Source of the DNA: Neocallimastix sp. 'constans'
Taxonomy: Eukaryota
NCBI GenBank assembly: GCA_050613775.1
Contig: JBODTK010000132.1
Location: forward strand, 434,001-480,343
Length of the DNA: 46,343 bases
Direction of reading: 5' to 3'
A program made the position numbers and the translations under genes. Shown here piece after piece: positions 38,624 through 46,343 of this stretch. The notes beneath the pieces were generated by a model, which saw nothing but the letters and a program-made list of their open reading frames with translations, was not told the origin of the DNA and did no database searches. Position 1 is the first letter of the stretch. Each line of letters starts with the position of its first letter.

Positions 38624-39202
38624 TTAAGCCATGTTGAATTGAGAGCGGACGTTGTCAACCTTTTCTAAACCATCTTGCTTAGATCTCTTAATCCAAACGA
38701 AAATACCGGCAGCAGCAGCAGCAGCGGCACCAGCACCGGCAGCAATGGTAGTAGTGTCAACACCATCTTCATCATCATCGGAATCTTCAGCAGCACCAGA
38801 TGGAACATCGTTACCATCGACAGTGTTAGAATCGTAATCATCAGATTCTTCAGCAGCATCAGTGGCCTTTTCGTTAGCATAATCATCAGATTGTTCACCA
38901 TCAGCACCTTCGGTAGCTTCTTCTTCAGATTGAGCATCATCTTCATCAGCTGGCTTTTCATTTTCTTCCTTACCTTCGGAATCAGCTGGAGTTTCTTCAG
39001 TCTTATCTTCTTCAGCTGGAGTGTTTTCAGTATTGTTTTCTTCGGTTGGAACGTTTTCAGTCTTAGCATTGTCGGCTGGAGTGTTTTCAACTTCAGATTC
39101 AACATTAGTTAATTCAGCCTTAGTATCATCTTCAACATCAGAAACTTGAGCGAAAGCAAGGGAAGCAGCAGCAGCAAAAATTAAAGCAGTTTGGAATTTC
39201 AT
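38624..39202 (-). CDS. Small acidic secreted/cell-surface protein with C-terminal membrane anchor (192 aa)
   Basis: Signal peptide MKFQTALIFAAAASLAFA, D/E-rich low-complexity body, and Ala/Gly-rich helix IAAGAGAAAAAAGIFVWI followed by KRSK. Intronless GC-rich island with many C-ending codons. Confidence 0.88.
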   Translation of the reverse strand: MKFQTALIFAAAASLAFAQVSDVEDDTKAELTNVESEVENTPADNAKTENVPTEENNTENTPAEEDKTEETPADSEGKEENEKPADEDDAQSEEEATEGADGEQSDDYANEKATDAAEESDDYDSNTVDGNDVPSGAAEDSDDDEDGVDTTTIAAGAGAAAAAAAGIFVWIKRSKQDGLEKVDNVRSQFNMA

Positions 39203-42000
39203 CTTGTTTATCTTATTTTTTTATTTTATTTATTTTTTTTTTTTTTTTTTGTTATAAACTAATAATAATATTTTTTAAATTATTTTTAATTGAATTTGAA
39301 AAAAAAAAAAAGAAAGCTCGAAATATTTATATTTATATATTTTTATTATCAATGGAATAATACATAAATGATTATTGTATGCCATTAATTATAGAGTTTT
39401 CCATAATAGAAAACAACTTATTTAAATTTAATTATTAAGTTAATATATTTGATTAATAATTTTTTTTTTAATAGATTGTTTTATAATTAATTTAAATAAA
39501 TTTAAATTTATAAAACTTTATATTTTAGTAATTTTTTTTTAATAAAGAGATATATTAAAAATGGTAATAATAAATTATTTAATTTTTTATTTCAATATAT
39601 ATAATAGTAAATATATATTATATTATATATATTAAAGAAAAAATACTAATTAAATTTGTATTAATTTAAAAATTTTGTATTACATTTTACAAAAAAATAC
39701 AAATGTAAAAATTAATGTAACACAAACTGCAAAAATAAGAGTTGAAAAAAATTTTTTTCTGATAAAAATTATTAAACTAATAATTGTTTAAAAAAATAAA
39801 CAGAACACAATGTATATATAAATGCAAAATATATAATTTTATTATATATTTTAATGTAAAGAAATAAACCTACAATAATTTAATAAAAAAAATTTTTTTT
39901 TCTTTCAGTTACTGTTTATATTTAACAATAATTAAAAATAAATAAGCCCATAAAAAAAATCAATATAAATTGAAGTAACACAAAATACCAAGAAATTATT
40001 TATATTTCAAAAAAAAAGACTATTAAATATAAAATAACAATTTTTTTAAAGTCTTTAATATGTTCATTATTTTTAATAATAAAATGAAAAATTGGTACTT
40101 CATATTTATTTTTTTTTTAAAAAAATTTTTATTTATATACCAAAAAATAAACCTTTCTATTTTAATATTATCATAATTCCATATTATATTATTAAATATG
40201 ATATATATATAATTAATGATTCTCAGCACCTTATTCTTTTCAAAAAAGTAAATACAATGTGGTTTACTCATTTCCACTTAGAAAGGTATTTATAATTCTT
40301 AAATCAACACTTTATTATATATAATTTACTTTTAATATATATTTATAACCCTTAATCAACGATTTATTATATTTATTATTTGCTTTAAATCAATACATTC
40401 GTAATTAATATTTTATTATTAAATAACTCCTGTTAAATTAATTTTTTGTTTTATTTTCATTTATATTTTTCATATATTATTTAGAAAAAAAATATTCCTT
40501 CCTTATTCATAAATTTACTAAAAATATAATACCAAATAATATTAATATATATTTAGTATATATAATTAATATATTATCCAATATTATTTATAATTTTTTA
40601 GTTGGATTGATGTAAAATTGAAATTTTTTTGATCAATGTACATTATGACAATACATCAATTACAATATAATAAAATATAATCTATGTAATTAATAATAAT
40701 TACAATATTAATTTTCTTTAATTTACAATCGCTCTATAATAATTTTAGTAGAAATTTATTTTTACCTCAAATTATATAATATAATTATAATAATTAGTTA
40801 ATTACATTAATGTACATAACAAATATGTTGTAAATGTTTTTTTTTAAAGACTTTTAAAGCATTCGTTTTATTTACAATTATTATACTCAATAAAAGTATA
40901 TATCATTAATTATAAATACTCTAATGTAAATAAATATATTAATTCCTACATATCTTTGTTGATTGAAGAAAAAAAAAATAATAATAATAAGGAAAAAACC
41001 TAAAATAATAGTTAAAAAAGTATTTTAAAATGTGTAAATGTTAAAAGTAGGTACTTAAAAAGTACCAAAACAATATCAGTATTATTTCCCAATTAAAAAG
41101 ATGAACTTTAATTGTTTCATATTATTTTTTGTACATAATACGTTGTATATATTGTTATTATTTTAATATTAATAATGATCTAATAATAAATGTTAGTTTA
41201 TTATTAGTAGTACATTTTACTAAAAATTAGTTTTATTATTTTATAAAAATAATTACTTGATTAGATCATTACATTATTTCTACAATTCTTTAATGTATCA
41301 TAAGAAATATTTAATGTTTTTTTATTACAATATAATAATTATTTTATTATATTACATAAAAATATTATTTATTTAATTCATTTTATTTCAATATAAATAG
41401 TTTTTATTTTAATTTCATCCTTTACTAATTGTGATGATATTAATATATATACTATTATTAATATAATATTGAATAAAAATTATATTAAATAATTATAATT
41501 AATATATTTAATAATAACAATAAATTATAATAATTAAAAATATATTATCCTATTTTTTTTTTTTCTGTATATAATAAATTAATACATTAAATTAATTACT
41601 TTTAACTATTTATATTTAATATATTTAAATAATATATATATGATAAAGTTTAAAAATTTAAAAAATTTTTTTGGAAATTTTTTTTTTTAATAAATAAGTA
41701 TTCATATAAAATCATTGTTCTATACAATTTCATGTTTATTATTTATTATATAATCTTTTAAAATAAACTCTCTCTTAAATAATATATAAATATTTAATAT
41801 TTATATTTATTTAATAATATGTTCCCTCAAATTAATAAGTAATAATTATTAATTTTAGGTAAATAAAATTGTTAAAAATCTCATTGTTTTTGTTTATTTA
41901 CTATCTTTATTAGAAGTAAAAGAATTTATTATTAATAATACATAATTTAAGAGTATTTATACATATAAAAAACATTTAATGGTTCTTTCATAATTAAATT

Positions 42001-42105
42001 TTTTTCATATTAATTATATATAAAAGAGGCTTATAGAAAATTTATAATAAGTAAAAAAAAATTTTCATATTAATTATATATAAGAGGCTTTTAGAAAATA
42101 AAAAA
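42001..42105. repeat. Local tandem duplication (~60-bp period)
   Basis: TTTTCATATTAATTATATATAA(AA)GAGGCTT(A/T)TAGAAAAT occurs twice. Confidence 0.75.
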
Positions 42106-42369
42106 AAAAAATTTAGAACTATATTATTTGTGTCATTAATTATATAACCTATATATTATTATTATAAATCCTATTTATTTGTTAATATATTATTTAATAT
42201 TTAAAATTATAAATGTTGTAATAAAATATAAGTATTAATTAAAATGTTAATTATTTAATTATAAATAATTAATAGTAATACTAATTTCTAATTAATTTTT
42301 CATTTAAAATAAACCTAATTTATATTTGAAAAAATTAAAAAAAAAAGAAAAAAAAAGTTCATCTTAACT

Positions 42370-43000
42370 ATATAGGTTCGACATTGTTTCTTTTGCCTGG
42401 TAATTTTTTTTTATTATCAATCAAAAAAAAAAAAAAAAAACCTAAGAAACTTTATTGACAAAGTTATCCGTTAGGTCAATTATATATTGGACATTAGATT
42501 CAGAATCCTTTAATAGAAGGTCATATAAATATCTTTATATCCTTCATATTGAATTATCGTATCTTAAGCTATAGTTCCATTAAGAAAAAAAATTAAAAAT
42601 ATATTTATTAATTTATTTTTTTATTTCGCAATCAAAAGATAGATGAATAGGAAGAATAATATTGGTAATTTCCTTTTTTTTTTTTTTTACTTCGAAACAA
42701 AATAAAAAGATCACTGATAAAATATTAATTTCAAACTACCATTAGAATAGAGGGAAACATTTAAATAATCCAGAAAATAAATATTTGATTATCTTTGCCA
42801 CAACATGGATAACATTTGGAATTATTTGTATGTAACTCTAACACTTCTGATAATAAATAAGTGATATTGTACTTATATTTTACATATTAAAATGTAAAAG
42901 TCCAATTAATTCCAAGACTTAGTGTATTTATAGCCAAAATTGAAAAAAGTTCATATGTGTGTGAAATTTTTTCACAGTTAGTTCCTATAATAATTATTAT
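42370..43000 (-). mobile_element. Heavily decayed non-LTR retrotransposon C-terminal fragment
   Basis: The minus strand gives LSLGINWTF..KYKYNIT and KCYPCCGKDNQIFIFW, matching FNLGFSWII..GYKYNTT and KSCPCCGEDKQSFEHW of the 35.8-37.7 kb element. Boundaries approximate. Confidence 0.65.
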
Positions 43001-43559
43001 TATTATAATATCCGACCAATATACTTTAATTAGATCTCTAAAATCTATAATTTTTACTTCTATACTCTTTTATAAAAAGTACGAGATTCTTTAATAAGAT
43101 CATAATACAATTAGATTTAAATAAATATTTTATAAGTAAAATTGAACTTAATTATTTATTTATTTATTTATGTTTTAGTAAATATAGAAAAAATAAAATT
43201 ATAAATTATGTTATTTCAGTATTAATTTTTACTATATTATTATAAATATTCAAATATTTTGTATCATATAAAGTTATACAAATATTTAGAAGTGAATTAT
43301 TCAAATTTATTATCAATTATTATTTTAAAATAAATATAAATATTTTTATACAATAGCTTTAATTTTTTTTTAAATATATTTATTTATATAATTTCCATTT
43401 TTTTATATATATAAGAAAATTTTTAATTAAGGTATAAAACATCTATTTTTATTTTTATTATATATATATTATTTTCTTCTATAAAAAATAATATAAAAAG
43501 AAAAAAATTAATATATAAATTTTACAATTTTTAAACATCTATTAATATATATTTTATTC

Positions 43560-43680
43560 ATTCCACAAAATTTAAGAAAGTAATTCTCTTAATGAGAATC
43601 TTAACTTATTTTCAGGGGAGAGTTTAGTGGACATCATACACTCTATTTTTAAGATGTTATTTCTTTGTTTTATTATTTTA
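43560..43680 (+). mobile_element. Non-LTR fragment: extreme C-terminus of the ORF
   Basis: GGGAGAGTTTAGTGGACATCATACACTCTATTTTTAAGATGTTATTTCT aligns to the reverse complement of 35830-35882 (ESLVDIIHSIFKMLFLCFI vs ESLVDTTLSILKMLLLGFI). Confidence 0.75.
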
Positions 43681-43840
43681 GATTTAAATAATAATCATGA
43701 TATATATTTTATACATTCCACAGAAATTTTTTTTGAACCAACTTTTATTCTTTATTACATTAAATTTTCTATGATTAATTATAAAATTTTTTTTTTTTAT
43801 TTTTTATTATTTTTTATTTTACTCTATTTTTTATATATAT

Positions 43841-43930
43841 GTTGTTCGTGTTGCCAAAGCTGCCAATATAATTGAAGACGACTGTCCAGAACGTTGTCCT
43901 TGTTGTGGTAGAGAAAATATTAATCCTCGA
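43841..43930 (+). mobile_element. Non-LTR fragment: zinc-knuckle region
   Basis: Reads VVRVAKAANIIEDDCPERCPCCGREN, versus TTIAIRMGKVSEDCPKSCPCCGEDK in the young element. Confidence 0.72.
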
Positions 43931-46199
43931 TTGAAATATCCATATAACATCTCAATTTATATGGATATCTCTTATACATTAGGTTTTACATCAATTTAAA
44001 TCATAATCTTCTTTGAAGATTAACACAAACTTTTTTATATATATTCGCTTTGCAATTATAGTGATCAGTTTTAAAATTAATCGGTATATTTGATAAATTA
44101 TAGTCATGGGGTATTAAAATTGATAACATTTTTAACTAATTAGATTATTCTAACCATTTAAACTTGTTAGTAAAAAATATAAATTGTTTCATAATTTATT
44201 ACGATTCAGTATTTCAGATAATTTCTTCTTGAAGGCTAATTTTTTTTTTTTTTTTTTTTTTTTTGTTAATTTTATTCATTTCCAAAATAAATATGAATTT
44301 TAATAACTAACACTAAGAATAACTTTCCTTTAATATTTTATTATCTCTATTTTGTGTTGCCTGTTCCTCCCTAAAATCTAAAGTTTCTAAAATAGTTTAA
44401 TATATTTGAATTTTCTCAATATTAAAATATTAATGGTAGAAGTTTAATGTATGTAACTTTTTTGATTTGTAGATGGAAAAGCATTATCTATTTATATATA
44501 CGATTTATGGTTATAATTATTATACTTATTATTTTATTATAGTTTTCATTTTTCTTGATAGTTCTTTCTGTATTTCTTTTAATAAATTTCACATATAAAT
44601 TGGTATTACTTAAAATACTATTATATTCTTTTGTATTACTTTTTCTATTAGTTTCTATTTCTGGGGCTAAAATCAGTTTTAAATGAATTTTCTAAATTTT
44701 TAAGATCTTGGAATTTCATATAAAAAATGTTTTTACGAAAAAAGGTAAAATTAGAGTGAATTTTCATTCAAAGATATTTCTCTTTTTGCTTTTAGTGTGT
44801 ATTGCTTATAATATAATAAGAACATATTTTTTAATAAAAGAACTTTGAATAAATAAATAAACTAAAAAATAAAATATATAAAATATTACTAATATTTTAT
44901 CATAGATCTTCCTTATTAACAAAGGAATAAATACTCCAGTATTAAGTATTCGTGTTTCTTAATTTTTAGTATTGATTTATCCTTTTGAGTCTCTTTTTAC
45001 TGGAGCATCACATTTTCATTACAATAGGAGTATAAATATATAAAATTTATTTTTTATATATGTTTAAGAATGTTTTTCTCTATTAAATTAATATTTTTTT
45101 ATTATTACTTTTTTGGAATTTTACTTTATTTGAGATAATTCTCTTCCATCCCTATCTTATATCTTTATGAGTTTCTTAAATTTTGAAATCTTGATCACTT
45201 CAGATGTTCAGTTTTGTTAGTATTTCTTAAATTGACACAATGAGCAACTTTTATCATAATTTGAAATTTCAATTTATTTTTCTTTGACATAGTATTGTGT
45301 CATTTAAGTGATTCTTTTGCTAAGAATCTTTTTTAAGAGTCAGATGAGACTCAATCTGTTAAGAATTAATATTTATGATTTATAATTATGTCAGCATTAT
45401 TAATATATTTTATGGAAATGTGTTACTAGCACTTAATTATTTTAAACTAAATACTTTTATATTATTACATTATGGCTTATATATTAGATATATCATAATT
45501 TTAATATATTAACTTTATATTCATATATTATTACAAATAATGTTAAAAATATATTCATTACTTTATTTTTTAATTATAATTTTAATTTGTTATATATATA
45601 TATATATATTTAATTTATATATATAACTATTTTAAATATATAGTATTTTGAAATGATTTTTTTTTTTTTATTCAGATTTTATTGAATTAGTTAGATAGGA
45701 TAAATTATAAATTAAAGATAGTATAAAAAAATGAAAAGTTTTACTCTATTTATATTAAAAAAAGATATGTTCTTGTTAGAAAAAGATATGTTCTTGTTAT
45801 TGAAAAAATATTAAATTATAGTATTGTATATAATGATAAAACGTTTTACTACTTACATTGTATATTATTAAGGTAAAAGATATTTCTTTTATTATTGAAA
45901 AATTATTTAATAATAAATATAATAATAATTAACTTTTATAACAACTCAAATAATAATAATAATTACAATAATATTAACAATAATAAAGTTTTTAAATTAT
46001 AGTATAACACAAAACTAAAAAGAATATAAAATGCTAAAAAAAAAAAAAAAAAAAAAAAGAAAGCAAAATTAAACTATTTATATTTTAAATAATAATAGTA
46101 TATAAACTTTTTTATTTTTAGTTGTACAAATACAAAAAATTTACTAAAATACTTAACTCATAAACTACAGTTATATATATATATTTAATTTTGAATATT

Positions 46200-46343
46200 A
46201 ATTTTTTTTATTTTTATTTTTATTTTTATTTTTATTTTTATTTTTATTTTTATTTTTATTTTTATTTTTATTTTTATTTTTATTTTTATTTTTATTTTTA
46301 TTTTTATTTTTATTTTTATTTTTATTTTTATTTTTATTTTTAT
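46200..46343. repeat. (TTTTTA)n microsatellite running to window end
   Basis: Visible hexanucleotide array. Confidence 0.95.

Noticed and set aside
41050..41066. Small hairpin GGTACTT/AAGTACC, and the ATTGATGTA/TACATCAAT inverted pair near 40606-40660
   Set aside because: Too short to exceed chance in a 46-kb AT-rich window.
44000..45400. Patchy coding-like texture, possible decayed DNA transposon on the minus strand
   Set aside because: Stops in all frames examined, and no convincing DDE motif or terminal repeats seen.
46200..46343. Terminal tandem repeat as a possible telomere
   Set aside because: The unit is TTTTTA with no G/C strand asymmetry; ordinary microsatellite.

Overview
Extremely AT-rich, intron-containing eukaryotic DNA. 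It is most consistent with an anaerobic gut fungus (Neocallimastigomycota), inferred from composition, decayed ankyrin arrays and a bacterial-type CAZyme; this is not proven. Six host genes can be reconstructed by hand: (1) a partial single-pass membrane protein running off the left edge (-); (2) a two-exon bacterial-type GH13 type I pullulanase (+); (3) a six-exon, ~1268-aa claudin/Sur7-like four-TM protein (-); (4) a six-exon cornichon/Erv14 with a 10-nt micro-exon (-); (5) a seven-exon HAD-IIA phosphatase, Pho13/PGP-like (+); (6) a small acidic secreted, membrane-anchored protein (-). There is also an ankyrin-repeat pseudogene and a cluster of APE-type non-LTR retrotransposon pieces. These include a young 5'-truncated copy with a poly(A) tail and 13-bp TSD nested in an older copy, an internally deleted copy carrying the element's N-terminus, and decayed fragments at 42-44 kb. 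Two short retroposed inserts (7.4 kb and 27.8 kb) have TSDs and share a conserved G-rich 3' motif. Most remaining sequence is microsatellite-rich intergenic DNA, and most short ORFs in the supplied track are artefacts.
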